A DNA stretch of 47,685 nt, taken from Cronobacter phage SG01. Positions within the stretch are counted from its first letter, which is position 1. Each line of letters begins with the position of its first letter. Shown here piece after piece: positions 19,202 to 28,807 of the stretch. The position numbers were made by a program, and so were the translations under genes. The stretch is taken from sequence record OP120783.1, one strand, 5' to 3'. The notes under the pieces are model-generated. The model was not told the DNA's origin. It worked only from the letters and a program-made list of their open reading frames with translations, and made no database searches.

Positions 19202-20260
19202 ATGAGTGATTTTAAAGTTTTCACGCGCGACCAGATGACTAACGACTTCTATCACGATCCGAACGCGTGGACGGCTGACTATGTGAGCGGATCGAGCCTT
19301 GCAGAAGTTTTCCAGTCCTGCCCGGCAGCGTGGAAGTTCAGGCCGCGCGATGACAAAGCAAAGCCCCTGGTTTTTGGTACACAGTCTCATACCAACTATG
19401 AGAGCGCAGAGCTTTTCAAATCCATCTACCGCAGGGCACCAAGCGAAGATGACTACAAGGATCTGATTACCAGTCAGACAGCGCTGGCAGCGAAGCTTAA
19501 ATCTTTTGGCCTGAAAGGTACTTCCGGAAAGACATATCCAGAACTTATCAAAATGATGGTTGACTGCGGCGTGGACTTAAACGTCTGGTGGCTTATAGAA
19601 ATGATCGCAGAGTCGCAGGCGCGCGCCGATGGCGTCGAGCTTGTTCCACCGAAAGATTACGATGCCTGCCTGGCAATGCGCGCCGTACTGGAGAAGATAC
19701 CGGAGCACGCGGCGAGCATGAATAGCCCGACTGCGCAGCGAGAGCTTTCCATATTTGGCGTTATCAATGGCGTTAAGGTTAAGGTTCGACTCGATCACGT
19801 TGACATAGTTCATAACGTGACTGTAAGAGAAATCGTTGGCACTAAGCCGGACGGCACGCCGGAGTATGAAGAAAAATTCTATCCAACGGCCATCGTGATA
19901 ACCGACTACAAGACGACGCAGAGCGCCAACCCGAAAGAGTTCGCACGCCATGCGTTCAACTATGGCTATTATCTCAAGATGGCGCTACAGCGTGATCTGT
20001 TTAAGGCGGCCTATCCGGAAGAAAAACGCCCTATTATCGTGCGCCTGCTGGCTCAGGAGAAGAAAGAGCCTTATCTGCCGATAGCTTTTCGAATGAGCCA
20101 GGCGCAGCTTAAAATTGGGCGCATTCAGTATATGCAGGTCATCCACACGTTCGCGATCTGCCAGAAAACTAACCAGTGGCACTCTTACGAATTGGGTGCG
20201 CCAGAGGTTGAACTTGAAACGCCAGCATGGGTTTTGAAAGAATACAGCCAGTATCTTTGA
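19202..20260 (+). CDS. PD-(D/E)XK superfamily exonuclease (RecE/Cas4-like)
   Basis: FGTQSHTNYE..., REIVGTKPDGTPEYEEKFYPTAIVITDYKTT (D...DYKTT motif), neighbours ERF and SSB. Confidence 0.75.
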   Translation: MSDFKVFTRDQMTNDFYHDPNAWTADYVSGSSLAEVFQSCPAAWKFRPRDDKAKPLVFGTQSHTNYESAELFKSIYRRAPSEDDYKDLITSQTALAAKLKSFGLKGTSGKTYPELIKMMVDCGVDLNVWWLIEMIAESQARADGVELVPPKDYDACLAMRAVLEKIPEHAASMNSPTAQRELSIFGVINGVKVKVRLDHVDIVHNVTVREIVGTKPDGTPEYEEKFYPTAIVITDYKTTQSANPKEFARHAFNYGYYLKMALQRDLFKAAYPEEKRPIIVRLLAQEKKEPYLPIAFRMSQAQLKIGRIQYMQVIHTFAICQKTNQWHSYELGAPEVELETPAWVLKEYSQYL

Positions 20261-20262
20261 TA

Positions 20263-20304
20263 TGGCACAAATAGCTAAACATCATGGCTGGCAAGAGTTA
20301 TAAT
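20263..20304 (+). promoter_or_regulatory. Repeat-family promoter A
   Basis: TGGCACAAATAGCTAAACA (20263-20281), N17, TATAAT (20299-20304); -10 lies in loop of CTGGC...GCCAG. Confidence 0.6.
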
Positions 20305-20333
20305 GCCAGCGCAATCAACAAAGCAGGTGATTT

Positions 20334-20606
20334 ATGAAAGAAGAAAAAATCAGCACTCAGGAGTTCGTGTCTCTTATCACTACACGAATCAGCGAGCTAG
20401 TTTATGGTTATGTGTCAGGTTTCAACCCGGACGCAGACCGCGAAACTTTGGAACACATGATTTCGGTTATGGTCGCCGGTAATGAGCTTATCCTGCGCAT
20501 GACCATGCTCAAGGGTGACGCCGAAGCTGAAAAGCTGATGAACGACCAAACCATGTTGCTGATCGAAAAAATCCGCCAGCACCACAACAAAAAGGATGGT
20601 GAGTAA
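20334..20606 (+). CDS. Hypothetical protein
   Basis: ORF with coding neighbours, overlaps start of ERF gene. Confidence 0.7.
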   Translation: MKEEKISTQEFVSLITTRISELVYGYVSGFNPDADRETLEHMISVMVAGNELILRMTMLKGDAEAEKLMNDQTMLLIEKIRQHHNKKDGE

Positions 20607-21265
20607 TGAAACTTTCCGAAAAATTCGACCAAGTTCTTCCAGCGCTGTTAAAGGCAAAACGTCAGTTTGTGACCGTGAAGAAAGACAAGAAGAACAGCCA
20701 TCTGCATAACACCTATGCGACGCTGGATAGCATCTTGCAGGCCGTCACACCGGCACTGGTCAACAGCAATCTGATGCTGATGCAGGACATGCTTGAAAGC
20801 GACGACAAATCGCGAATGAAGGTTGAGACAACTATTCTTCATGAAAGCGGGCAGTGGGTGAAATATTACTCCGAAATCTGCATTGTAAAAAACGATCCGC
20901 AGGCGTGCGGCTCAGCGCTGACATACGCCCGACGCTATGCAATCGCCGCCGCCCTGGGCCTTGCTCAAGCTGATGACGATGCACAGATCGCCATGAAGTC
21001 GGCGGAAGAATGGAAGCGAGACTTTGACCGCGCCAAGTCGGTTGATGAGCTTGCGTCTCTTTTCCGATCTGCAATTCAGTCGTGCGACCCGGCAAGTAAA
21101 ATCGTCATCGTCGAGCACAAAGATAAGCGCAAGGCAGAGCTTGAGGCAGAAACGGCGCGCGGCTTTGATGTTCATGACGTGAACAAAAATCTTGCGGTTG
21201 ACTCAGGCAAAGAAAGCCCGGTAACATTCGAAACCTCAAGCCAGCCAATCGAAAACTTTGATTAA
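20606..21265 (+). CDS. ERF-family single-strand annealing protein
   Basis: LPALLKAKRQFVTVKKDKKNSHLHNTYATLDSILQAVTPALVNSNLML...GSALTYARRYAIAAALGLAQADDDA. Confidence 0.9.
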   Translation: MKLSEKFDQVLPALLKAKRQFVTVKKDKKNSHLHNTYATLDSILQAVTPALVNSNLMLMQDMLESDDKSRMKVETTILHESGQWVKYYSEICIVKNDPQACGSALTYARRYAIAAALGLAQADDDAQIAMKSAEEWKRDFDRAKSVDELASLFRSAIQSCDPASKIVIVEHKDKRKAELEAETARGFDVHDVNKNLAVDSGKESPVTFETSSQPIENFD

Positions 21266-21294
21266 TGCCCTTCGGGGCATTTCAGGAGAAATAA

Positions 21295-21735
21295 ATGCAC
21301 ATTATTACCGGCGAGATCCGAAAGGAGCCTTTTACCAAAGAGGGGCCGAACGGGAAGCTTTATATCGTGGAGCTCTCTGAGCGGTTCAAAGACCGTGAAG
21401 GAAACGCGCAATACACCAACTACAAATTCTTTTTCAATGCCAAAAACGACGCGCTTCGCGGCTGGTACGATGAAGCATTTCAGCTTGGCAAGGTTGTCTC
21501 CATTTCCTGCGACACGCTGAGAGTGGAAAGCAATGAGCACAACGGTAAGGTTTATCTGACGTTATCGCCTGGCGGTTTTGCTAACCTCAATTTCAGCCAG
21601 CGCGGCGGCGCGCAGCAGACTGGAGGCGGCAATCAGCAAAGCGGCTGGGGGCGACCTCAACAGCCGCAGCAAAGCGAGCAGCCGAAACAGAATAATCAAC
21701 CGCCAATGGATTTCGACGACGACATTCCATTCTGA
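21295..21735 (+). CDS. ssb: Single-stranded DNA-binding protein
   Basis: OB-fold-like N-term, Gln/Gly linker, acidic C-terminal tip DFDDDIPF. Confidence 0.85.
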   Translation: MHIITGEIRKEPFTKEGPNGKLYIVELSERFKDREGNAQYTNYKFFFNAKNDALRGWYDEAFQLGKVVSISCDTLRVESNEHNGKVYLTLSPGGFANLNFSQRGGAQQTGGGNQQSGWGRPQQPQQSEQPKQNNQPPMDFDDDIPF

Positions 21736-21744
21736 TAAAAATAA

Positions 21745-21771
21745 AAAGGGGCCAAATGGCCCCTTTGTTTA
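21745..21771. terminator. Bidirectional terminator between convergent genes
   Basis: AAAGGGGCC-AAAT-GGCCCCTTT. Confidence 0.8.
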
Positions 21772-23637
21772 TTGTGGATTCTTAAGCAACTCAATTTCCG
21801 CTTTTAGAGACTGAATTTCATCTCTCATCGCCTGCATCTCCGATCTGACCTCCTTAAATGCTTCCACATAAAGCGCTGACATAGCGTTGTAGTCAAGGCT
21901 TAACGGATCCTCTACCTCAAAGCAATTTTTATCAAGCGTCTTGCCAACCTCGCCAACGTGAACAGCTTCCGGCAATACTTTCTGTACATCTTGGGCAATA
22001 AGACCGGCGTTCCTGACAGTGTTTTGCGTCGTTGTGTGCATTGAATATGTAACGCCTTTCAACGAACAAACCTTATCTAGAGCGTCTGTTACTGGCTTGA
22101 TCCAGAACTTTGCGCGCTCATCAGAAGTTGACGAAAACTGTACGGCAGTACAAACACCATTTGCTCCATTGATGCTTAATGTGCTGCCAATTGCGCCAGT
22201 TCCAACGTTGTCCGGTCGAATGTTGATAACCTGGTTATCGTTGCAATATATGACTCCGCGATTTCTTTCGTCAGCATTCTTAAAATAAACGTGACAGTTT
22301 ACGCTGTTTGACGACGCGATCGTGTTTACATATCCGTTTCTTGCATCCAGTATAGGAGCGGCAAGATTCATAGCGTAGTCAGCGCCATAATTAGATATTA
22401 TCCTGCCGGATGGGTTCACAGATCCATCGTCGTTAATCATAAAAAAACGCGGCGCTGTTGGGTTTCTATTTACCAGGGCGACTGATTTCGAATTGGTATC
22501 GGCCCACAACTCAGCCTGAGCAAGAACGGTTCCATTACTTCCGACAATCCTTGATGTGATGGCCGGGCTTCTAGTTGGTGTGTCACTTGTCCTTGTTGCA
22601 TTAATATAACCAGAGGTTGTAACGCTATTAAAGTTAACGTTGCTCGCATCCCCCAGGCCAAGATTAGCCCTTGCTTGTGAAACACTGGCAACATCTGAAA
22701 GGTTGTTTCCCTTCATCATCAGCTTGGAGGTATCCAGGCTGTCTGCCAGACTCTTTGCGCGATCAGCTTCATTCTTCGCTGTCGTTGCAGATCCGGCAGC
22801 AGCCGATGCGCTGGCGGCGGCGTTGGTTTCGCTGGTCTTTGCCGCAGAAGCGCTGGACGCAGCATTGGTTTCGCTGGTCTTGGCCGCTGATGCGCTGTTA
22901 GACGCAGAGGTAGCACTACCTGCGGCATTGGTTGCGGAAGTCGCAGCGGCGGTTTTGCTGTTGTTTGCGGCGGTAGCGCTGGACGCAGCGTTGGTTTCGC
23001 TGGTCTTTGCATTTGTCTCGCTGGTCTTTGCCGCAGAAGCACTACCAGCCGCCGCAGAGGCGCTTGCCGCCGCGTTCGTTTCGCTGGTCTTGGCAGCGGC
23101 AGCGCTGGCAGCAGCATTTCTTTCAGCATTGCCAATGCTTGCCGCACTATTGGCGGCATTCGTCTCACTCGTTTTTGCAGCCGATGCGCTGGCGGCAGCT
23201 TTGGTTTCGCTGGTCTTGGCAGCGTCTGCGCTTGCCTGGGCGGCATCAGCGTTAGCCTTCACATCTTGCGTGACCGTTTCAAACTTTTCCCAATCGAAGT
23301 TTTCAAGGAACTCGACGAATTGCTCGTATTGGGTCTCCCGGCCCTGATAATAGCGAAGGGTTTCCGCCACATCTTGCGCCAGGCCGTCAACGGTTATGGA
23401 GGTTGTTAACAGGATCACGTAGTCGCCGCGAGGAATTTCCACGCCGGGGGCATCCGTTACCGTCATCTCAGTATCGGTTCTGATATCACTGATAGTTGCG
23501 AAAGTGGTCGGGCTGGTGGCAAAAGCAATGGTGCAGCCTTTGCGGATCAGAGAAAGCGCGTCTTTCCATTTAGTGCCGTAACCTGTAACGACGCCATCGG
23601 CGCTAACCGATGCCTGCCCGGTTTTGTAAATAGCCAT
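21769..23637 (-). CDS. Tail fibre with collagen-like Ala-rich repeats and C-terminal S74 chaperone domain
   Basis: SAAKTSETNAA-type repeats (Stf-like) and STSDERAKFWIKPVTDALDKVCSLKGVTYSMHT...GLIAQDVQKVLPEAV. Confidence 0.9.
   Translation of the reverse strand: MAIYKTGQASVSADGVVTGYGTKWKDALSLIRKGCTIAFATSPTTFATISDIRTDTEMTVTDAPGVEIPRGDYVILLTTSITVDGLAQDVAETLRYYQGRETQYEQFVEFLENFDWEKFETVTQDVKANADAAQASADAAKTSETKAAASASAAKTSETNAANSAASIGNAERNAAASAAAAKTSETNAAASASAAAGSASAAKTSETNAKTSETNAASSATAANNSKTAAATSATNAAGSATSASNSASAAKTSETNAASSASAAKTSETNAAASASAAAGSATTAKNEADRAKSLADSLDTSKLMMKGNNLSDVASVSQARANLGLGDASNVNFNSVTTSGYINATRTSDTPTRSPAITSRIVGSNGTVLAQAELWADTNSKSVALVNRNPTAPRFFMINDDGSVNPSGRIISNYGADYAMNLAAPILDARNGYVNTIASSNSVNCHVYFKNADERNRGVIYCNDNQVINIRPDNVGTGAIGSTLSINGANGVCTAVQFSSTSDERAKFWIKPVTDALDKVCSLKGVTYSMHTTTQNTVRNAGLIAQDVQKVLPEAVHVGEVGKTLDKNCFEVEDPLSLDYNAMSALYVEAFKEVRSEMQAMRDEIQSLKAEIELLKNPQ
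22790..23240 (-). repeat. Degenerate tandem repeat encoding AAKTSETNAASSA units
   Basis: Repeated ~33-bp blocks (ttggtttcgctggtctttgccgcagaagcgctgg...). Confidence 0.85.
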
Positions 23638-23671
23638 AAAATCACCTTATCAAGTGTTTAAATTCCTAGTG

Positions 23672-23700
23672 ATAATAGCATTACGCCACCAATAAAAAAA
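23672..23700 (-). promoter_or_regulatory. Candidate tail fibre promoter
   Basis: Reverse strand TTTTTT N17 with extended -10 TGC-TATTAT; shares TGCTATKAT with the capsid promoter. Confidence 0.4.
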
Positions 23701-23718
23701 CCCGCCGTGGCGGGTTGT
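23692..23718 (-). terminator. Intrinsic terminator after primase gene
   Basis: Reverse strand AACCCGCC-AC-GGCGGGTT + T8. Confidence 0.8.
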
Positions 23719-23725
23719 AGTTCGG

Positions 23726-24670
23726 TCATAGCAGGCTCGATGGATCGAATATCTTTTTCATTATTCCTTTTTTAAAATCACCATCTACCGGAAGGAGAAC
23801 TTTTAGCTGCCTTTCCTCTGCCGCGATTATCGAATCGCGATCATCAGGATGGCAAATGACCCGAATCTCTCTTGGCCCCTTGTATCGGAACGCGACCATC
23901 TCGATATTGTAAGGAGTAAAGCACGTCCAGATCTCTTGCCCGGTAAACAACCTGGCGTGTTGCGAAGCTATCCAGTCAGAGCAAAGGTAAATTGCCCCAT
24001 CGGTATTGCCGTTCACAACAACCGATCCCGGCGTATATCGCTTTGCATAAAAAGACTCGTTGCCAGACTCATCAATGAAAAGAATGTTGCAAAACTCATC
24101 ATCCGGGCCGTCATCATGTACCAACCTGCATGGGATGGCGTGAATTAGCTCATCAGCGGCAATCTCGCGCGGTTTCTTCCCCACGAAGTACCATTCGCCA
24201 TCCGGCAGAGAGATGCCTTCATAAACGCTTAGAGGCGTTCTTACGACTGCCTCTGTTCTTTCCATTACCGCAAGGCATTTCTCATGTTCAACCTGAGCGC
24301 CAAAGTTATAACCAGTGGATCTGGATGCCTGCTTATTTTTCTTGATCCTGTACTCCTGCGGCACCTTACCCAAAAAGCGGCCCAGGATGTTTATGACCTC
24401 CGAGTAAGGCTCGCCGGTAAGCTTCATCATCCAGCCGATGCCGGTATCGTTTCCGCACGAGTTACAGATCGCGCCGCCGTCTCCAGGCTTGTCCAGGTTG
24501 TCAGTCCAGCGAAAGCGGTCTTTGCCGCCGCAGTGCGGGCATGGCTGATGCTTTTTGTTGAATACCTGAGGAGACAGCCCGCAAATAGACTGTAAAGCAT
24601 CCTTCCACATGCCGCCCATGTATGGCAGTACATCCTCTTTCTGGTACATCATAAGGTTTTCGGCGTTCAT
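23726..24670 (-). CDS. DNA primase-like protein with zinc-binding domain
   Basis: HQPCPHCGGKDRFRWTDN...GGAICNSCGNDTGIGWMM is the phage primase zinc-ribbon signature. Confidence 0.85.
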   Translation of the reverse strand: MNAENLMMYQKEDVLPYMGGMWKDALQSICGLSPQVFNKKHQPCPHCGGKDRFRWTDNLDKPGDGGAICNSCGNDTGIGWMMKLTGEPYSEVINILGRFLGKVPQEYRIKKNKQASRSTGYNFGAQVEHEKCLAVMERTEAVVRTPLSVYEGISLPDGEWYFVGKKPREIAADELIHAIPCRLVHDDGPDDEFCNILFIDESGNESFYAKRYTPGSVVVNGNTDGAIYLCSDWIASQHARLFTGQEIWTCFTPYNIEMVAFRYKGPREIRVICHPDDRDSIIAAEERQLKVLLPVDGDFKKGIMKKIFDPSSLL

Positions 24671-24699
24671 AGCACCTCCAAAAATAAAAAGCCCACGCA

Positions 24700-24742
24700 A
24701 TGATAGGTCTACGTGGGCGATGATGTTTAGCTTTTCGTGCTA
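24700..24742 (-). promoter_or_regulatory. Repeat-family promoter J
   Basis: Reverse strand TAGCACGAAAAGCTAAACA (24742-24724) N18 TATCAT; -10 in loop of GCCCACG...CGTGGGC followed by T-rich run. Confidence 0.65.
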
Positions 24743-25185
24743 CCGCGAAGTGGGCGGTTATGACGGAACGTTGTCAGAAATTCACGGCGGCGGCACTTCG
24801 TCACCAGGGGTTTTCCGTTCGCGTCAAATTGCAGATCAGGTCGGCAGAATCTGGCGCGGTATCCGTTGCACTTGTTCTTTTGATAGTCACGATGGACAAG
24901 GCGGGCACCTTCGGCAGAAATCATGCCCCTGATGCGCCACTGCTGAACGGTTCCCATAGAGACACCTAAGCGCTTCGCGATCACGGAAGGACGACCGCCG
25001 AGATACTCCAGTACAATTTCCATGCGCTCACGCAAGCCTGCGCGAACTTCCGGGCGCAGAACATAATAACCTTCACGGCGCTTACGTGGCTTTTTGTCAG
25101 GCCCGCGCCGCGTTCCATTGTTGCCGTTAATCTTGCGCTTATCGACTTTTGCAGTAGACGCTGTAATTCGTTCCGGTGTAGTCAT
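24727..25185 (-). CDS. HTH transcriptional regulator (Cro/YdaS-type fold suspected)
   Basis: GGRPSVIAKRLGVSMGTVQQWRIRGMISAEGARLVHRDYQ. Confidence 0.65.
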   Translation of the reverse strand: MTTPERITASTAKVDKRKINGNNGTRRGPDKKPRKRREGYYVLRPEVRAGLRERMEIVLEYLGGRPSVIAKRLGVSMGTVQQWRIRGMISAEGARLVHRDYQKNKCNGYRARFCRPDLQFDANGKPLVTKCRRREFLTTFRHNRPLRGSTKS

Positions 25186-25197
25186 AGTGTCACCTCA

Positions 25198-25239
25198 TAG
25201 CATTTTTTGTTAATAGGGAAGTTCGTTTCGGTGTATTAT
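25198..25239 (+). promoter_or_regulatory. Repeat-family promoter in the divergent regulator/helicase region
   Basis: TAGCATTTTTTGTTAATAG (25198-25216) N17 TATTAT (25234-25239); second partial element TAGCACTTTTAAAG at 25250-25263. Confidence 0.55.
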
Positions 25240-25278
25240 ACAGGCAAAATAGCACTTTTAAAGAGGTGAGAAAAAGGC

Positions 25279-27315
25279 ATGATTCCTAACATTGAAAAGC
25301 AGATCGCAGCGCTGGGGCCGGAAAAGATAAAATCAATTCAGGAACGATTCACCGTTGGCGAGATTGTTCCATACCCTTACCAGTGCGTTGCTTACGTTGA
25401 GATCGCAAAACGCCTGTCTATGTACCAGCATCCATTTTTCGTAAAGGCTTCCGTGTCTGCCGGTAAAACGCTGATGTTTGCAATGGTTGCTGCGCAGTGC
25501 CAAAAGATGGGCCTGAAAATGCTTGTGCTGGCGCGCCAGGCGGAAATTGTGGATCAGGACTCCGAGGAAATCAGCAATCTGAACGTTCCAAATTCCGTTT
25601 ACTGCGCCGGGCTTAACTTAAAAAGCGCCTACTTTCCCATCGTCGTTGGCTCAGAGGGAAGCGTGGTTAACGGTCTTTATAAGGCGCTTGGTGACTTCGC
25701 GCCTAGCGTGCTTGGCATTGATGAATGTCACCAGGTCGATTGGGAGGATTTGGCCGAAGCGATTGACCGCAAAGAAAGCATCCTCCAGATGATCACGCCG
25801 AAAGGCGAGAAGATTCCAAATCCTGATTTCGATATCACCAACCCTGGCGAGGCCGAAGAATTTCTTATCGGGCCGGACGGGCTTCCATTGACCGGAACAG
25901 GACGTGCGCAATACACGATCATCATCATGGAACTGATGAAGCGATGCCGGGAAGTTCACCGTCGGGAATTGCGTATTTTTGGCATGACAGGATCGGAGTT
26001 CCGTGGAACGACACCAATTTTGGTTGAGGACAAAAAACAACTTGGATTCTGGCGGGAGCAGGTGACGGATATTAATACCAGCTACCTGGTGAAGTTCGGC
26101 TCTGTTGTTCCGACAAACTTCGGCGACGGCGGCGGCCTGGGATATGACCTTTCAGAGTTCCACGCCTCGGAAGTTGACGGCGTTCAAGACTTCGATCTAA
26201 AAACCCTCAAGGCGATGGAGAAGAAAATCGAGTCGTCCGGCGACATGACAATACGAATCATGAAATTCGTTCATGAGGCGTGCAAAAACAGGAATGGCGT
26301 GCTGGTTACTTGCGCCGGGGAAAGACACTGCAAGGAAGCCGCCGACGCTTTACCAGAAGGTGTTACTTACAGAATCATTACCGGCAAGACGCCGGAGAAA
26401 AAGCGAGCAGCATGGCTTAAGGAAGCATTTGAGGGGAAAGTAAAATATATTTTCCAGGTAAACGCTCTGACGACTGGCGTTAACGTTCCATATTGGGATA
26501 CCAGCGTTATTCTTCGCAAAATAAGCTCTCTTACGCTACTTATTCAGCTTTTGGGCCGTGGGATGAGGCAGTTGAAGAAATGGCACAAGGAGCAGGGATT
26601 TACCAAAGACGATCACCTTGTGTTTGACTTTTCAGGAACTATGGATGAGCTTGGCGAGCTTTATTTTGATCCGATACTTGAACAGGCCCAATACCAAAGC
26701 CGAAACCGTAACGGCAAAGACCCGAAACAATGCAAGCTTTGCGGAACGTGGAATAGTTTTTATGCTCGACGCTGCATTAACGAGGTGGACGGGAAACGCT
26801 GTGAATATTTCTGGAAATATCAGATTTGCGAGGACAGAATTGATCCGAGAACTAAGAAATTAATCCATCCTGGTTGCGGAACGAAGAATGATGTTGTTGC
26901 TCGGATATGCCGTTGCTGTGATGTTTCGCTGGTAGACCCTAACGCAAACCTGAGCCACAAGCATTACACAAAAAACGACTGGTTTGACGTCCTTTCATTC
27001 AATGTTGGACTGACAAAAAACCAGCGAGGCATCGTATTTAAGTATGAGCTTTCCCATGATGGCGATTCATTCATGGCATACGAAACATTCTTCCCGGAAT
27101 CAGATAACAATATCTGCCGAAAAAAATGGATGAAAGCCGCGCTTGAACACATCAAGGGAGATAAAAAGGCGGCGGGCATCGTGGCGAGCTACAAGAACGC
27201 AAGAAAGATTATGCAGTATGCGCACCTTATTTCAGCGCCGGTTAAAGTGACGCACCGTAAAACGGCGAAGGGTCAAGACAATATCTATAAGAAGGAGTTC
27301 CAAATTGACGATTAA
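25279..27315 (+). CDS. DEAD/DEAH-box (SF2) helicase
   Basis: ASVSAGKTLMFA, GIDECHQ, VTTGVNVPYWDTSVILRKI, LLGRGMRQ motifs. Confidence 0.9.
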   Translation: MIPNIEKQIAALGPEKIKSIQERFTVGEIVPYPYQCVAYVEIAKRLSMYQHPFFVKASVSAGKTLMFAMVAAQCQKMGLKMLVLARQAEIVDQDSEEISNLNVPNSVYCAGLNLKSAYFPIVVGSEGSVVNGLYKALGDFAPSVLGIDECHQVDWEDLAEAIDRKESILQMITPKGEKIPNPDFDITNPGEAEEFLIGPDGLPLTGTGRAQYTIIIMELMKRCREVHRRELRIFGMTGSEFRGTTPILVEDKKQLGFWREQVTDINTSYLVKFGSVVPTNFGDGGGLGYDLSEFHASEVDGVQDFDLKTLKAMEKKIESSGDMTIRIMKFVHEACKNRNGVLVTCAGERHCKEAADALPEGVTYRIITGKTPEKKRAAWLKEAFEGKVKYIFQVNALTTGVNVPYWDTSVILRKISSLTLLIQLLGRGMRQLKKWHKEQGFTKDDHLVFDFSGTMDELGELYFDPILEQAQYQSRNRNGKDPKQCKLCGTWNSFYARRCINEVDGKRCEYFWKYQICEDRIDPRTKKLIHPGCGTKNDVVARICRCCDVSLVDPNANLSHKHYTKNDWFDVLSFNVGLTKNQRGIVFKYELSHDGDSFMAYETFFPESDNNICRKKWMKAALEHIKGDKKAAGIVASYKNARKIMQYAHLISAPVKVTHRKTAKGQDNIYKKEFQIDD

Positions 27316-27748
27316 AGACAAAGGCGATTATCTGGAATACTACGAGCCAGATCCGAGCGACACCAGAAAGGAGGAAAGCCACCAGGTAGATGGCGTAACC
27401 TTCCTTCGAGTTCATCATGAAGATTTGCTTTTTTGGCATACAGTTAACGAGGGGAAAAAGCATATCCACTCCGCGCTACTTGATGACCAGGCCGGTCTAC
27501 TAAAGGGAGTTTCCGACTACGTTTTCCTGATTGGTCTTAGCCGCCCAGGCTGCAAGTATCCTTTCGGCGCTATCGAGATGAAACGCGTGAATAAGAGCGG
27601 GAAAGGAAAGGCTTCACCGGTCAGTAAGGAGCAGCGCGAATTTTTGCGGAAGGTTAGAGAGCGCGGAGGATTCGCCGCCGTCACCTATGGAGTAAATCAA
27701 TTCGAGATCGCTGTTGCCGATATGCTGGCAAATAGCACGAATAGCTAA
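27305..27748 (+). CDS. VRR-NUC domain nuclease
   Basis: SRPGCKYPFGAIEMKRVNKSGKGKASPVSKEQREFLRKVRERGGFAAVTYGVNQF. Confidence 0.85.
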   Translation: MTIKDKGDYLEYYEPDPSDTRKEESHQVDGVTFLRVHHEDLLFWHTVNEGKKHIHSALLDDQAGLLKGVSDYVFLIGLSRPGCKYPFGAIEMKRVNKSGKGKASPVSKEQREFLRKVRERGGFAAVTYGVNQFEIAVADMLANSTNS

Positions 27749-27775
27749 ACAGTGCCCGGCGATGCCGGGTATCAT
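27733..27775 (+). promoter_or_regulatory. Repeat-family promoter B
   Basis: TAGCACGAATAGCTAAACA N18 TATCAT; spacer hairpin CCCGGC-GAT-GCCGGG. Confidence 0.65.
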
Positions 27776-27802
27776 TATCTAGTCAACTTAAAGGGGAAAA
27801 TC

Positions 27803-28087
27803 ATGAAACGCATTGTTTTATCAATTATTGTCTCTATGACACTTTCAGCATGTTCATCGACTGGATTCACTCCGCGCTACCAGTCTGAATGTGAGTCTTT
27901 GGGGGCTGAATACGCTTTCACACACGGAGACCGAGACGGGCAGATAATTTCCGAAGTATGCAAGCGAGGAGCGCGTGCAAAAAGCAGCGATGTAGAATAT
28001 GTTTCAAGTCGCATGGCTGATATCTTTTATTACGTTCCTCGCGCCGACATTAAAGACGCGGTTCAGTTTGGTCAATTAATGAAATAA
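27803..28087 (+). CDS. Small secreted lipoprotein
   Basis: N-term MKRIVLSIIVSMTLSACSS: signal peptide plus lipobox LSAC. Confidence 0.75.
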   Translation: MKRIVLSIIVSMTLSACSSTGFTPRYQSECESLGAEYAFTHGDRDGQIISEVCKRGARAKSSDVEYVSSRMADIFYYVPRADIKDAVQFGQLMK

Positions 28088-28096
28088 GGGTTAAAA

Positions 28097-28807
28097 ATGA
28101 AAGACAACAATGATATCCAGACAATCGACGGCTTCATTAACAGCAATTTGCTTGTTCGCTCTGCGCTGGCGTCTGGAGGGCATTACCAAGCTGTTAAGCC
28201 GAATCAGTATTTCAAAGTTACCGGAAACCGTTATTTAGGGTCTAAGACTCCTGACGTTGTTCGTGACCTATGGGAAACGAACGACGAAATTATCCAGTGG
28301 CTTGAGAATCGCTACGGAAAATATGATCTGGATGCTGCGGCGTCGGAATCAAATAAAAAGTGCGAAAAATTCTACAGCGCAGAAACTAATTGCCTCAAGC
28401 GCTGGTGGGGAAGTCGAAAGCATGTGTGGCTGAATCCTCCTTATAGCGCACCTGACCTTTTCGTCTTAAAGGCTATTGAGCAGATGGAGCACGACAACCA
28501 AATTGACATGCTTCTACCTGCCGATCCGTCAACTGCCTGGTTTGCCGACGCGCAAAAGCACGCTGCGGAAATCATCTGGATTATTGGCGATTCATGGGAG
28601 GAAGAAGGCCGCAAATATTCCCGCACCGGTCGCCTGGCCTTTATTTCAGGATTAACCGGCGAGCCGGTATCTGGCAATAACAAAGGCAGCGTGATTTTCA
28701 TCATGCGAAAATTAAAAGATGGTGAGACTCAAAAAACCCATTACGTTAAGATTTCCGAAATCTGTCCATCCGTTCTTAATCGCCGGGCAAAGGCAAGGAG
28801 TATTTAA
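28097..28807 (+). CDS. Phage DNA N6-adenine methyltransferase
   Basis: DVVRDLWETNDEIIQWLENRYGKYDLDAAASESNKKC... HVWLNPPYSAPDLFVLKAIEQMEHD (NPPY motif). Confidence 0.9.
   Translation: MKDNNDIQTIDGFINSNLLVRSALASGGHYQAVKPNQYFKVTGNRYLGSKTPDVVRDLWETNDEIIQWLENRYGKYDLDAAASESNKKCEKFYSAETNCLKRWWGSRKHVWLNPPYSAPDLFVLKAIEQMEHDNQIDMLLPADPSTAWFADAQKHAAEIIWIIGDSWEEEGRKYSRTGRLAFISGLTGEPVSGNNKGSVIFIMRKLKDGETQKTHYVKISEICPSVLNRRAKARSI

Noticed and set aside
22790-23240. Possible CRISPR-like or regulatory repeat array
   Set aside because: Repeats are contiguous, in-frame 33-nt coding units of the fibre shaft, with no unique spacers.
22640-23347. Low-complexity + strand ORF (ALVSLVFAAEALDA repeats)
   Set aside because: It is the antisense reading of the collagen-like repeats in the tail fibre gene; amino acid repeats follow from the DNA repeat.
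23672-23690. TAGCATTACGCC as another member of the 19-nt repeat
   Set aside because: Only one half-site matches; the overlap with the TGC-TATTAT extended -10 explains it. Not counted in the family.
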